Positions 40,373-51,147 of a stretch of DNA of 64,000 nucleotides are shown piece after piece. Position 1 is the first letter of the stretch. Each line of letters opens with the position of its first letter. A model generated the notes under the pieces. That model was not told where the DNA came from. It ran no database searches and was given only the letters and a program-made list of their open reading frames with translations. The DNA comes from a virus (lineage: Duplodnaviria; Caudoviricetes): positions 1 to 64,000 of IMG/VR virus record IMGVR_UViG_3300046839_000055; one strand, given 5' to 3'. Made by a program: the position numbers and the translations under genes.

Positions 40373-41181
40373 GCAGTTTTACAGCGTACTACGGGCTTAC
40401 CTGCAATCCGTTCGACAAGCAGTCACTGAAGGAAAGGGATCATTTCGAGTCCTCGGATTTCAAAGAAATGACTAGCCGCCTGAATTATCTCAAGGACGTG
40501 CGTGGGATCGGCGTTTTTACCGCGCGTCCCGGGATGGGCAAGACCTTTGTCCTGCGCTGCTTCGCCGCCGGACTCAACCCAAACCTGTACCACATGGCTT
40601 ACATCTGCCTGTCCACCGTAGGCGTCACAGATTTCTATAAAGAGTTCTGCGGCATCCTTGGCGTCAGCCAGAAAGGCAGCAAACCGGCGTTGTTCAAGGC
40701 GATCCAAGAGCAGATCTATTACCTGTACAAAGAGAAGAGGCAGCCGCTGATCCTTGCGATAGATGAAGCGCAGGAGCTCTCCACCTCGATCCTGAACGAT
40801 CTGAAGATGATCATGAACTTCAGATACGATTCCCTGAACTGCTTCACACTCATCCTTGTGGGAGAATCCCAGCTGAACATAAAGCTCTCTCTTCCCATCC
40901 ACGAAGCGATCCGTCAGCGGATCACTGTTCACTATGACTTTAAGGGGCTCACTGCAGATGAGATCCCGGCATATGTGCGGCATAAGATCCATGTCGCCGG
41001 AGGAGCCGATTCCATTATTGACGATGCTGCTATGGCGTCAGTCCATTCCCTGTCGCAGGGTAATCCCCGGGTCATCGATACGCTGATGACGGATGCCCTG
41101 ACTATCGGCGCCCAGATGGATAAAAAGGTCATCGACGCTGAAGTTATCATGGCCGCCGCAAATAACCGGCAGCTCGGATGA
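40369..41181 (+). CDS. ExeA-type AAA ATPase (transposition helper)
   Basis: ARPGMGKT, AIDEAQ, LILVG, GNPR; ATGA overlap with the transposase. Confidence 0.88.
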   Translation: MSSFTAYYGLTCNPFDKQSLKERDHFESSDFKEMTSRLNYLKDVRGIGVFTARPGMGKTFVLRCFAAGLNPNLYHMAYICLSTVGVTDFYKEFCGILGVSQKGSKPALFKAIQEQIYYLYKEKRQPLILAIDEAQELSTSILNDLKMIMNFRYDSLNCFTLILVGESQLNIKLSLPIHEAIRQRITVHYDFKGLTADEIPAYVRHKIHVAGGADSIIDDAAMASVHSLSQGNPRVIDTLMTDALTIGAQMDKKVIDAEVIMAAANNRQLG

Positions 41182-41407
41182 AGAAGCAGAAGAACAGATC
41201 AAAAGACCGTGAGGAGGGGATCTCTCTGCGGCCTTTTTCCGTATCTCGCCTTAATAACAGGCACCGGCGCGGAACTGGTAAGAGACCTGGCAGGATCATG
41301 CCGCATTTCTGCTCAGAGTGTGCCGCAGGTTACGGTCTGGCACAATCCCAACGGAGAGAACACCGAAATTAAACTGCCGTTTGCGCCGCTGGCAACGTGC
41401 CGCATGA

Positions 41408-42085
<678 letters not shown>

Positions 42086-42100
42086 TAAGGAGGAACGATC

Positions 42101-42475
42101 ATGTATCAGGAGATTTCGCTCCGGCTCAGTGATGGGTCGGAGCAGAATTTCCCGTTTCTCGCAACGGGAACAACAGCCTACCGCTTTAAGCAGGTATTCC
42201 ATCAGGATCTGATGATCCTCTTGAACAAGATGGAAAACAGCGAGGATGATCAAACCGATATGACAGTCGGTGACAAACTCGCTTTTATCATGAATGCACA
42301 GGCAGAAAAGAAGGATATGAATCATCTGAGCGTAGATGCTTTCCTTACCTGGGCAGACCAGTTCGATGGCGCAGAACTCTTCCTTCACATGCAGGAGTTC
42401 GTTACTCTCTATCTTGGCTCCAGAAGGACAACCTCAAGGCCAAAAAAAGAAGTCGCCCAACTGAACGGGAAGTAA
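42101..42475 (+). CDS. Tail assembly chaperone (G)
   Basis: Between major tail and tape measure; slippery CCA AAA AAA G near 3' end. Confidence 0.85.
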   Translation: MYQEISLRLSDGSEQNFPFLATGTTAYRFKQVFHQDLMILLNKMENSEDDQTDMTVGDKLAFIMNAQAEKKDMNHLSVDAFLTWADQFDGAELFLHMQEFVTLYLGSRRTTSRPKKEVAQLNGK

Positions 42476-42642
42476 ACACGGCTGTGTTTATGCTGCGTGC
42501 CAAACAGCTGGGCTTTTCCTTAGAGGAACTCGACAACGTGGAGGAAGGACTCGTGATGGATATGATCATTGAATCCGGAAATGATCTCTGTGATGACGAG
42601 TACAGGCAGGTTGCAACGCAGCAGGATTTCGATTCGTTTTAA
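42442..42642 (+). CDS. Tail assembly chaperone -1 frameshift extension (GT)
   Basis: -1 frame is open from the A7 run: RSRPTEREVNTAVFMLRAKQLG...ATQQDFDSF-stop; absent from the supplied ORF track. Confidence 0.8.
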   Translation, partial: KKRSRPTEREVNTAVFMLRAKQLGFSLEELDNVEEGLVMDMIIESGNDLCDDEYRQVATQQDFDSF

Positions 42643-42699
42643 TCAGCATCGGTAAAAGCCGGTGCTTTTTTCATGCCGTTTTTCAGGAGGTGATGAGCT

Positions 42700-45351
42700 A
42701 TGGCAGATCGTATCAAGGGCATAACGATTGAGCTGGATGGCGATACTACCAAGCTCTCCAACGCCCTGAAAGGTGTAAACAAGGAAATCCGTGATACCCA
42801 GAGCAATCTGAAGGATGTAAACAAGCTCCTGAAGATGGATCCGGGTAATGCCGATCTTCTTGCACAGAAGCAGAAATATCTGACTGACACCATCGATGCC
42901 ACGAAGAGGAAGCTTGCTGAGGAGAAGGAAGCCTTAGCTCAGCTCAAGGCAGGGCCGCAGACCGAGGAGACGCAGAAACAGCAGGAAGCGCTCACCCGGG
43001 AGATCGAAGCGACAAAGCAGTCCCTCGAAGGTCTGGAGGACGAATATAAGAAGTTCGGCTCTGTCGCCAGTCAGCAGCTGCAGGTCGCCGGTGACAAGAT
43101 GAAGGAAGTCGGCGGCAAGATCAGTGATGTCGGGGAAGGACTTACCAAGGGCATCACGGTTCCGGTCGCTGCCGCTGCAGGCGCTTCGGTTGCAGCATGG
43201 AAAGAAGTCGATGAAGCTCTCGATACGGTCACCGAGAAAACCGGAGCTTCAGGTGCTGCCCTCGAGGACATGCAGAAACGCGCCAAGTCCATCGCCGAGA
43301 CGATCCCGACTGATTTTCAGACTGCTGGTGATGCCATCGGCGAAGTGAACACGAGATTCGGGCTTACCGGAGATGCACTCGAGGAGCTCTCCACAAAGTT
43401 CGTAGAGTTCGCCACGCTGAATTCGACGGATGTATCCACCTCGGTCGATAACGTCTCGTCCGTCCTCAATGCTTTCGGGCAGGATTCTTCCGATGCCGGA
43501 AACCTTCTCGATGCTTTAAACCAGGTCGGGCAGGCAACTGGTGTATCGATGGATACACTCTCGCAGGATCTCTCGAAGAATGCCGGACAGTTTCAGGCGA
43601 TGGGACTTTCGGCAGAACAGGCAGCAGGCTTCATGGGTGCCGTCGAGATGTCTGGTCTGGATACCTCGACAATGCTCACTGGCCTCACCAAAGCGCAGAA
43701 GGTTGCAACGAAGAATGGTCAATCCCTCAGTGATGCATTGAAGGACTTCTCCAAAACGATGAACAGCAACCAGAGTGACACGGAGAAGCTGCAGGCAGCA
43801 TACGACCTGTTCGGCTCTCGTGCTGGTGGTGCCATCTATAACGCTGTGCAGAGTGGCAAGCTCTCCCTCGATGACCTGTCCTCTACTCTCGGAGATTATG
43901 CAGGATCCGTAGAGAATACCTTCAACGAAACGCTGGATCCTCTGGATCAGATGACGGTTGTGATGAACAACCTGAAAGACCTCGGCGCAGAAATCGTCGA
44001 TGCTTCTGCACCGATGATCACTGAAGCCATGACGCAGATCAAAGACGTGGTGACCGGACTCAAGGATGCATGGGACGGATTATCCCCGGGCATGCAGGAA
44101 GCCATCGTAAAAGCAGCTCTCATTGCTGCGGCTGTCGGCCCAGTCGTCGTCGGAGTTGGCAAGGTTGTCACCGCTGTGGGTTCCGTCACAAGTGTGGTCG
44201 GAAAGCTGGTCGGTTTTCTTTCCACAACGGCGATCCCGGCGATCACAGCAGTTTCCGTTCCGATTCTTCCGATCATTGGAATCATCGCGGCGGTGGTAGC
44301 TGCCGTAGTTGCGGTGATTGAGATTGTGAAGCACTGGGGAGAAATCTCCGAGTGGTTTGGCGGTGTCTGGTCTACCGTTTGCTCTGGTGTACAGAGCATT
44401 GGTGAAGGCCTCGGCGACTTCTTTTCCGGACTCTGGGATGGAATCAAGACTGTGACGGAGACTGTGTGGAATGGGATCAGCAGCTTCTTCACAGGACTTT
44501 GGGACGGGATCAGTACGACAGCTACCACGGTCTTCACTGGCATTACAGATTTTCTCGGAAATACCTGGACGACCATCAGCTCCGTTGCCTCCACCACATG
44601 GGGCGGTATTACATCCACTCTATCTGGTGTGTGGGACGGGATCAAGACGACAGCAGGCACGACCTTTGACAACATCAAAACCACGATCGGTACCGCGTGG
44701 GATACTGTAAAGACGAACACTGGGAATGCATGGGATGCGATTCAGTCATCCGTTGATCAGCATGGAGGTGGGATCAAGGGCATCATCGGAACGGCTGTGG
44801 ATGCCTACAAGTCGATCTGGGAAACAGGATTCTCGAAGATCAATGATCTGACGGGTGGGAAACTTGGCGATGCGCTTTCTTCTGCACAGGGAAAACTTGG
44901 TGAGATCAAGGGAGCTTTCTCCTCCATGATCGAGAATGCGAAGGGCATCGTGAGTGGAGGTCTGGATCGGATCAAGGGATTCTTCTCCGGCTGCCATTTG
45001 GAACTTCCTCACATTAAACTTCCGCATTTCTCCATCAGCGGAAAGCTCTCCATTAATCCGCCATCGGTTCCGCATCTTTCCGTCGATTGGTATCGGAAAG
45101 CTATGGATGATGCCTACCTCTTAAACAGCCCGACGATCTTTGGCGCTTCCGGAGGCAGACTCCTTGGTGGCGGTGAAGCCGGGCAGGAAGCTGTGGTTGG
45201 TACAGATAAGCTTGCGGAAATTGTGAAGGGTGCCCTCGCAGGAGTAGGTGGCGGTGACATCATTATCCCTGTCTACATCGGGCAGGAGAGAATTGATGAG
45301 ATCGTCGTCCGGGCGACCCAGCGGAGCAACTATCGGTCAGGAGGTCGATGA
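42700..45351 (+). CDS. Tape measure protein
   Basis: RIKGITIELDGDT N-terminus, long helical body, Trp-periodic repeats. Confidence 0.93.
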   Translation: MADRIKGITIELDGDTTKLSNALKGVNKEIRDTQSNLKDVNKLLKMDPGNADLLAQKQKYLTDTIDATKRKLAEEKEALAQLKAGPQTEETQKQQEALTREIEATKQSLEGLEDEYKKFGSVASQQLQVAGDKMKEVGGKISDVGEGLTKGITVPVAAAAGASVAAWKEVDEALDTVTEKTGASGAALEDMQKRAKSIAETIPTDFQTAGDAIGEVNTRFGLTGDALEELSTKFVEFATLNSTDVSTSVDNVSSVLNAFGQDSSDAGNLLDALNQVGQATGVSMDTLSQDLSKNAGQFQAMGLSAEQAAGFMGAVEMSGLDTSTMLTGLTKAQKVATKNGQSLSDALKDFSKTMNSNQSDTEKLQAAYDLFGSRAGGAIYNAVQSGKLSLDDLSSTLGDYAGSVENTFNETLDPLDQMTVVMNNLKDLGAEIVDASAPMITEAMTQIKDVVTGLKDAWDGLSPGMQEAIVKAALIAAAVGPVVVGVGKVVTAVGSVTSVVGKLVGFLSTTAIPAITAVSVPILPIIGIIAAVVAAVVAVIEIVKHWGEISEWFGGVWSTVCSGVQSIGEGLGDFFSGLWDGIKTVTETVWNGISSFFTGLWDGISTTATTVFTGITDFLGNTWTTISSVASTTWGGITSTLSGVWDGIKTTAGTTFDNIKTTIGTAWDTVKTNTGNAWDAIQSSVDQHGGGIKGIIGTAVDAYKSIWETGFSKINDLTGGKLGDALSSAQGKLGEIKGAFSSMIENAKGIVSGGLDRIKGFFSGCHLELPHIKLPHFSISGKLSINPPSVPHLSVDWYRKAMDDAYLLNSPTIFGASGGRLLGGGEAGQEAVVGTDKLAEIVKGALAGVGGGDIIIPVYIGQERIDEIVVRATQRSNYRSGGR

Positions 45352-45354
45352 TGC

Positions 45355-45723
45355 ATGTTAAGTGATTACCCCATCTACTTTGATGACGTAAAGCTCTTCA
45401 CACCGGAAAGCTGGGAGGAGAGCTATTCTGTTGTGGAGAATACCAATCAGACCGAGGCAGGAACGGATCAGGTCATTGTCACCAGGTATGACAAGCTGTC
45501 CGTCTCTGCCTCTTTTCCGTGTTCGAGCCGATGGGCAGCGAGGTTCGCGGAGTTCCGAGATAAGGATTCGATACAGGTAAGGCTCTATGATCTGAAGACG
45601 CAGGGCTACAAGACAAGAACCATGCGGATGCGGAACTTCAAAACCGGGCCGGAGAAGCATTCAGAGAAGACGAGAGGGACGAATGGACTCTATACAGTAA
45701 ATTTTGATCTTGAAGAATTCTAA
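45355..45723 (+). CDS. Distal-tail-like protein
   Basis: Position directly after tape measure, 122 aa. Confidence 0.6.
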   Translation: MLSDYPIYFDDVKLFTPESWEESYSVVENTNQTEAGTDQVIVTRYDKLSVSASFPCSSRWAARFAEFRDKDSIQVRLYDLKTQGYKTRTMRMRNFKTGPEKHSEKTRGTNGLYTVNFDLEEF

Positions 45724-45759
45724 GAGAGTGATGAGACAGCGGGAAAGGAGGGCTGTGGA

Positions 45760-47856
45760 ATGTACAGCGTAAGTGATGCTTATAAGATTGCCATGAAGCA
45801 GCCAGTACAGCATTTTTCCATGAAGGGAAGCATTGGTGATACCTTTTTTTGTGACGATAACATCCTGTCCGGTTCCTGCCAGATCACCAATCAATGCTCT
45901 GACGATACGATGATTGGTATCGGACAGGTTTATATTGGGCAGATGGACATCACTCTGATGAATCTGGATCTAAAGCGATACTCTCTGAAAGGAGAAAAAA
46001 TCACACCCTTCTTCGGACTTAAGCTTGCGAACGGTACCTACGAGTACATTCCTCTCGGTGTGTTTAATATTTCCGAAGCCCAATGGACACAGTCCGGTGT
46101 CGTGATAAAAGCCTATGACAATCTGTCGCTTTTCGATAAAACCTGCCCGGTAGGCACTACTTTGGGAAAACCGTATGATCTTGCAAAAATGGCCTGCGAG
46201 AGCTGCAAAGTTCCGCTTGCTACTACAGAAGATGAATTTAAGACATTCGCCAATGGTTCTGAGAACTTTTCTCTTTATTCGGAAAATGATATCGAGACCT
46301 GGCGGGATTATCTGTCATGGCTTTCTGCTGCTCTCGGGTGCTTTGTAACCTGTGACAGAGCCGGAAGGATAAAGTTCTGCTCCTACAGTAAGTCTGTCGT
46401 GGATGTAATCGATGAAAGTCATCGGTTCAGCGGAGGCTCTTTCTCTGATTTTGAAACAAGATACACGGGTATTTCCTGTGTGAATCTAAGTGACAAGACT
46501 ACCAGTTACTACGGGATGGATAAGGACGACGGACTGACCTATAACCTCGGCAGCAATCCCTTCCTTCAGTACGGGGTATCGGAAAGCCTTGAAAAGCAGC
46601 GCCGCGCTATCCTTACATCTCTTCAGCAGATCGACTATGTCCCGTTCAAGGTTACGATGATTGGAAACCCTGCATACGACCTTGGAGACGTGCTTTCTTT
46701 TCCGGGAGGGATAGGTGATGCCAATAAGCTCTTCTGTATCACAAAGTACACCTTAAAATACAACGGCTCCTATGAGATTTGGGGTGTCGGACAGGATCCT
46801 TCCCTCGCCTCCGCAAAAAGCAAATCCGATAAAACGATCGCCGGACTGCTTTCGTCACAGACAGACAACGACATGCACTATGTGCTCTACCAGAACGCCG
46901 AAGCCATAAAGATTGACGATGGAAAAGAAGGTTCTGTCATGTCCGTAAAGTTCGCAGTTCAGAAAACCACGCATATCTCCTTCGATATGGAGATACTTCT
47001 GTCGGTTGATACGACGGAAGGCAATGATGCTGGAAATGTCTCGGAGGCAGACGCTTATGTAAAAGCTACTTATTACTTAAATGGTGATGAAATCAGTACA
47101 AGGCATCCTGTGGAAACCTTTCAGGACGGCGAGCACATCCTGCGTCTTCGGTATGAGCTGGAAGCTGTGGAGGCGTCTATTCATACATGGAATGTCGTTC
47201 TGTCCGTAAAAGGCGGTTCCCTCTCGATAGTAAGATACGGCGTTCTCGGAGTCGTAAGCGGCATGGGACTTGCAGGCAACGGCGAATGGGATGGCGAGAT
47301 CACGGTGGAGGATACAATCGATCGTATTCTTATTAGCCGGATAATGAGCCGCTTCTCAGATACGGTGGACATCCGTTTACTTCATGATACACTATGCCTT
47401 GCTGTAGACCGTGTGGCTAGGGTTAATATCGCGTCTATCTTTGGAGGATTTGCAGAGACTGTAGAATCCACTTCCGACATCATGGTTTTCTCGCCGTGGG
47501 CAAACGCTGACAGGGTGACTACTTCCTGTGAAGTAAAGAATAACGGCTGGATCGGCTCCGGCTCTACAACACTAAAAACAAGTCTTTCGGTTACTACCTG
47601 CGCTGTATACGGGGCAAAATATATCACGGCGGATTCAAAGAATGCCATATTTTATATTTCTTTTGACGGCGGTTCTACATGGATGGGCTACGCTGAGAAT
47701 GAATGGAAAGAAAATGTTGCAATGACAGAATCCGATATCGGCGAGATTCCGGAGGATGCCTTAAAACAATATGACCATCTGTCGGTAAAGGCCGTGCTGG
47801 AAAACGACTCGGTTCTTTACGCGATCAATCTATACGGAGGAAGGATACAAAAATGA
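45760..47856 (+). CDS. Tail tip / baseplate hub protein
   Basis: YEYIPLGVF, GNPAYDLGD; position. Confidence 0.7.
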   Translation: MYSVSDAYKIAMKQPVQHFSMKGSIGDTFFCDDNILSGSCQITNQCSDDTMIGIGQVYIGQMDITLMNLDLKRYSLKGEKITPFFGLKLANGTYEYIPLGVFNISEAQWTQSGVVIKAYDNLSLFDKTCPVGTTLGKPYDLAKMACESCKVPLATTEDEFKTFANGSENFSLYSENDIETWRDYLSWLSAALGCFVTCDRAGRIKFCSYSKSVVDVIDESHRFSGGSFSDFETRYTGISCVNLSDKTTSYYGMDKDDGLTYNLGSNPFLQYGVSESLEKQRRAILTSLQQIDYVPFKVTMIGNPAYDLGDVLSFPGGIGDANKLFCITKYTLKYNGSYEIWGVGQDPSLASAKSKSDKTIAGLLSSQTDNDMHYVLYQNAEAIKIDDGKEGSVMSVKFAVQKTTHISFDMEILLSVDTTEGNDAGNVSEADAYVKATYYLNGDEISTRHPVETFQDGEHILRLRYELEAVEASIHTWNVVLSVKGGSLSIVRYGVLGVVSGMGLAGNGEWDGEITVEDTIDRILISRIMSRFSDTVDIRLLHDTLCLAVDRVARVNIASIFGGFAETVESTSDIMVFSPWANADRVTTSCEVKNNGWIGSGSTTLKTSLSVTTCAVYGAKYITADSKNAIFYISFDGGSTWMGYAENEWKENVAMTESDIGEIPEDALKQYDHLSVKAVLENDSVLYAINLYGGRIQK

Positions 47857-49109
47857 AAGGACATGTGAGTATTGAGCTGCATAATCATCACAGCGGATTT
47901 ACCGAGCGGATCGAACAGGACAACATGGTGACAAACGCGCTTACCTACGCTATGGGCCATGCTGTCTCCTGCGGCGCCAATCTGTCAGACCTGATGCTCC
48001 CGGCGGCAAAAAGGGGACTCGGAGGACTTTTTCTTTTTGACGGGAAGCTGGAAGAAAACGCAGAGAATGTGCATTTTCCCATGGATGTCCATCTGATCGG
48101 GCATGCAGCGCAAACCGTAAATACGGATGATCCCATGCGTGGAAGCCTCAACTCTCTGGAAACAAAGAGGACGGACACCGGGTACGTATCGGTCTGGGAC
48201 TTTTCCACTTCACAGGCGAACGGAAATATTGCATCCCTTGCTCTTACCAGGAATACGGCAGGAGAAGATCCTCTTAAGCTCTATGACGGGGAATCAGCAA
48301 GTACGACGGACTATGAATATGGCCTGGCCTTCGATGAGGATCAGGGCTTTTTATACAAGGCAGATCGCTACGGCAACATCATCCGTCAGAAAGTACCGGA
48401 TTGGAAGCTTCTGGTATCCGACCCATACTGGGGACAGGACGAGAAAGTCACGAATCTTACCGGAACTGACAACTGGGACAACTGGATCATCTCAAACGGA
48501 CAGGACGGATATCTGTATCTTATCCGAATGAACCGGCAGGAACATAGTCGATGGAACGGCAGTGAATATGAAAAGTACTACACCTACGGCGTGGAAAATT
48601 CTTCCGGCAACGCACTTCTTTTTGTAAGGAAATATAAGATCAGTGATTTCAGCTTCACACAGGAAGGCGATGAACAGACGATTGAGCTGTCATCTGTGAC
48701 AGCAAAAAACGACGCCGTTGTGTCAAGAGGATTCTACTACGTGCGAGGTTATGATAACCACAGCGTCTATAAGGTCGAGATGGCAAATCCGGTAAACATC
48801 GTGCTCCTAAACCAGTTCAAGCAGTACGATGTCGGAGGGCTCTACCCCATGTATAACGGCGGTGTGATCACAAACAACGGGCTTCTTATCTACCCGGACG
48901 GATCCTACATCAAAAAGGATAAAGTGGCGATACCGGATTACGGCTACGAAAGCCCTCACTTGTTCAGTTTTCACTACAACAGTTATCCGAAAAAGTCCAT
49001 TCCGTCCTCCTATATCGGAACAATATGCAACCTTTCATCTCCGGTCACAAAAACATCCGCCACTTCAATGAAGGTGACCTATACGCTTACAGATCTGAAG
49101 GAGAACTAA
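47853..49109 (+). CDS. Tail fibre / receptor-binding candidate
   Basis: Conserved-looking termini (VWDFSTSQANGNIAS; NLSSPVTKT..MKVTY) around an aromatic-rich core. Confidence 0.6.
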   Translation: MKGHVSIELHNHHSGFTERIEQDNMVTNALTYAMGHAVSCGANLSDLMLPAAKRGLGGLFLFDGKLEENAENVHFPMDVHLIGHAAQTVNTDDPMRGSLNSLETKRTDTGYVSVWDFSTSQANGNIASLALTRNTAGEDPLKLYDGESASTTDYEYGLAFDEDQGFLYKADRYGNIIRQKVPDWKLLVSDPYWGQDEKVTNLTGTDNWDNWIISNGQDGYLYLIRMNRQEHSRWNGSEYEKYYTYGVENSSGNALLFVRKYKISDFSFTQEGDEQTIELSSVTAKNDAVVSRGFYYVRGYDNHSVYKVEMANPVNIVLLNQFKQYDVGGLYPMYNGGVITNNGLLIYPDGSYIKKDKVAIPDYGYESPHLFSFHYNSYPKKSIPSSYIGTICNLSSPVTKTSATSMKVTYTLTDLKEN

Positions 49110-49110
49110 G

Positions 49111-49401
49111 ATGATGATTAATTATACAGGGAAAAGTAAGGTGATAAAGCGGCTCTGCGAAGCGGTGAATCAGCTGGCCACAGGAGAGGATACGCTCTTT
49201 AAATTCGATGCGAATGGTGACGGTATCGTTGACAATGCTTTAAAGGTGGACGGTCATACCGTAAAATCGGATGTCCCGGAAGGAGCGGTCTTTACCGATA
49301 CCACCTACACATTTTCATTGAGTGACGGAAAACTTACGATCCGCTCCTCTTCTGGAACTGAGCAGATACTGGTATTGAAAGGGGATGATTCTATTGCTTG
49401 A
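49111..49401 (+). CDS. Small tail-associated protein
   Basis: VDNALKVDGHTVKSDVPEGAVFTDTTY fibre-like segment. Confidence 0.55.
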   Translation: MMINYTGKSKVIKRLCEAVNQLATGEDTLFKFDANGDGIVDNALKVDGHTVKSDVPEGAVFTDTTYTFSLSDGKLTIRSSSGTEQILVLKGDDSIA

Positions 49402-49723
49402 TTTTATACTGCGCTACTGGATCCAGGAGCTCTTTGCCCTGATCCTTGCCGTCCTCACGTGGCTTTGGCGGACGCTTCTCCGGCGAAAACAGGAGAACGA
49501 CGAAATCAAAGATGGAATGATGGCACTGCTGCATGACCGTATTTATCAGGCCTGCAGCTTTTTTATTGCTCGGGGATGGTGCTCTCCTGAGGATCGGAGC
49601 AACCTTGAGTACCTGTACAAGCCGTACAAGGCACTCGGTGGGAATGGCACCGGAGAGTCCCTGTACAAGAAGTGTCTGGAACTGCCGCTTTCGGCAGACA
49701 GAAATAAAGAAAAGGAGGAATGA
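49385..49723 (+). CDS. Holin-associated membrane protein
   Basis: N-terminal TM segment, LLHDRIYQ...YKALGGNG. Confidence 0.7.
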   Translation: MILLLDFILRYWIQELFALILAVLTWLWRTLLRRKQENDEIKDGMMALLHDRIYQACSFFIARGWCSPEDRSNLEYLYKPYKALGGNGTGESLYKKCLELPLSADRNKEKEE

Positions 49724-49726
49724 CTT

Positions 49727-49996
49727 ATGGACTTTGGAATTGCAAGTGTGGCGGCAATCACAGTGATCGCCTATCTCGTCGGTATCGGCTGCAAGGCGGC
49801 TGGCTCCGTGAAGGATGAGCTGATCCCGGTGATCTGCGGATGCGTGGGTGCGGTGCTCGGCCTTGCGGGGTTGTATCTGATGCCGGACTTCCCGGCAAAG
49901 GATGTGATCAATGCCCTTGCTGTCGGCATCGTGTCTGGTCTTGCAGCGACTGGTGTGAACCAGATCTACAAGCAGCTGACAAAGACCAATCAGTGA
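49727..49996 (+). CDS. Holin
   Basis: Three hydrophobic segments, GIVSGLAATGVNQIYKQ. Confidence 0.85.
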   Translation: MDFGIASVAAITVIAYLVGIGCKAAGSVKDELIPVICGCVGAVLGLAGLYLMPDFPAKDVINALAVGIVSGLAATGVNQIYKQLTKTNQ

Positions 49997-50052
49997 GAGG
50001 AGGTGATCCTCACATCCCGGCTGTCCCTTCCGTAAATGGGACAAACGCTTTG

Positions 50053-50086
50053 AAGCTCTCCGGCTCATTACCGGAGGGCTTTCTTT
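50053..50086 (+). terminator. Terminator-like hairpin between holin and endolysin
   Basis: AAGCTCTCCGG / CCGGAGGGCTT followed by TCTTT. Confidence 0.55.
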
Positions 50087-50105
50087 ATGAAGGAGGAATA
50101 ACATT

Positions 50106-51071
50106 ATGGAAGTCAGAGGAATTGACGTCAGTCACTGGCAGGGAGCCATTGACTGGGCAAAAGTAAAAGCGTCCGGTATTCAGTTTGCGATTATCAAGTC
50201 TGGTGGATCCGATGCTGGATTCTATACAGATCCCAGATGGGAAGAAAACTATAGAAACGCCAAGGCAAATGGAATCGCTGTCGGAGCATATTATTTTGTC
50301 GGGCCTGGCTGCACTTCCGCAGCAGACGGAAAGGCAGATGCAGAACGCTTCCTTGCACAGCTCAAGGGAAAGCAGCTCGAATATCCTGTCTTTATTGATC
50401 TGGAAGCCACTGCTCCTTCTGCCAAGGCAGGCGCTACGGAAGCTACGATTGCATTCTGCCGAGCACTGGAAGCGGCTGGATATTTTGCAGGGATTTACAG
50501 CTCCACCGATTCCGGTTTCCGCGAGAGACTGGATGATTCCAAGCTCATGCCATTCACACATTGGGTCGCTCAGTATGCTTCCAAATGTACCTATGGTGGG
50601 GCTTACGGAATCTGGCAGTATTCTTCCACCGGCTCAGTAAACGGTATCAGCGGAAACGTCGATATGGATATTTCTTACATCGACTATCCGTCCACTATTA
50701 AGACCGGCGGATTCAACGGATTTGCAAAGCAGCAGGCTCCTGCTCCCACTCCGGCACCAGCGCCGGCAAGAAAGAGCGTGGATGAAATCGCCCGTGAAGT
50801 TCTGAGCGGTTCCTGGGGAAACGGAGACGACAGGAAGAACCGTCTTGCTGCTGCCGGATACAGCTATGACGCAGTTCAGGCAAGAGTCAATGAGCTGATG
50901 GGAGCCCATAGCCAGCCGCAGGTAACTTATTACACTGTGCGCTCTGGTGACACCCTCTCTGCTATTGCAAGGAAGTATGGTACATCCGTCGGTGCAATTC
51001 AGGAACTCAATCCTACGCTGATCCGAAATGTGAACCTGATCCAGGTTGGATGGAAAATCCGCGTAAAGTAA
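50106..51071 (+). CDS. Endolysin: GH25 muramidase + Cpl-7 + LysM
   Basis: [22 protein letters not shown]; [17 protein letters not shown]; [13 protein letters not shown]. Confidence 0.95.
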   Translation: MEVRGIDVSHWQGAIDWAKVKASGIQFAIIKSGGSDAGFYTDPRWEENYRNAKANGIAVGAYYFVGPGCTSAADGKADAERFLAQLKGKQLEYPVFIDLEATAPSAKAGATEATIAFCRALEAAGYFAGIYSSTDSGFRERLDDSKLMPFTHWVAQYASKCTYGGAYGIWQYSSTGSVNGISGNVDMDISYIDYPSTIKTGGFNGFAKQQAPAPTPAPAPARKSVDEIAREVLSGSWGNGDDRKNRLAAAGYSYDAVQARVNELMGAHSQPQVTYYTVRSGDTLSAIARKYGTSVGAIQELNPTLIRNVNLIQVGWKIRVK

Positions 51072-51076
51072 GCAAT

Positions 51077-51125
51077 GGCCAGAGGACTACTCTTATGAGT
51101 GTTATCCTCTGGCCTTATTTTTTTC
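51077..51125. terminator. Terminator after endolysin
   Basis: GGCCAGAGGA...TCCTCTGGCC followed by a T run. Confidence 0.75.
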
Positions 51126-51147
51126 TCTACAAACTGGAAGTTGTTTA

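Noticed and set aside
44330-44760. Periodic TGGGA-containing repeats, considered as CRISPR or DGR repeats
   Set aside because: They are Trp-periodic coding repeats of the tape measure; no constant repeat-spacer pattern and no cas genes
47853-49401. Possible diversity-generating retroelement or invertible tail-fibre locus
   Set aside because: No reverse transcriptase, template repeat or invertase with inverted cassettes seen
49998-50009. Match to the 16S rRNA 3' end as an rRNA fragment
   Set aside because: Only 12 nt with no further rRNA sequence; treated as an extended Shine-Dalgarno
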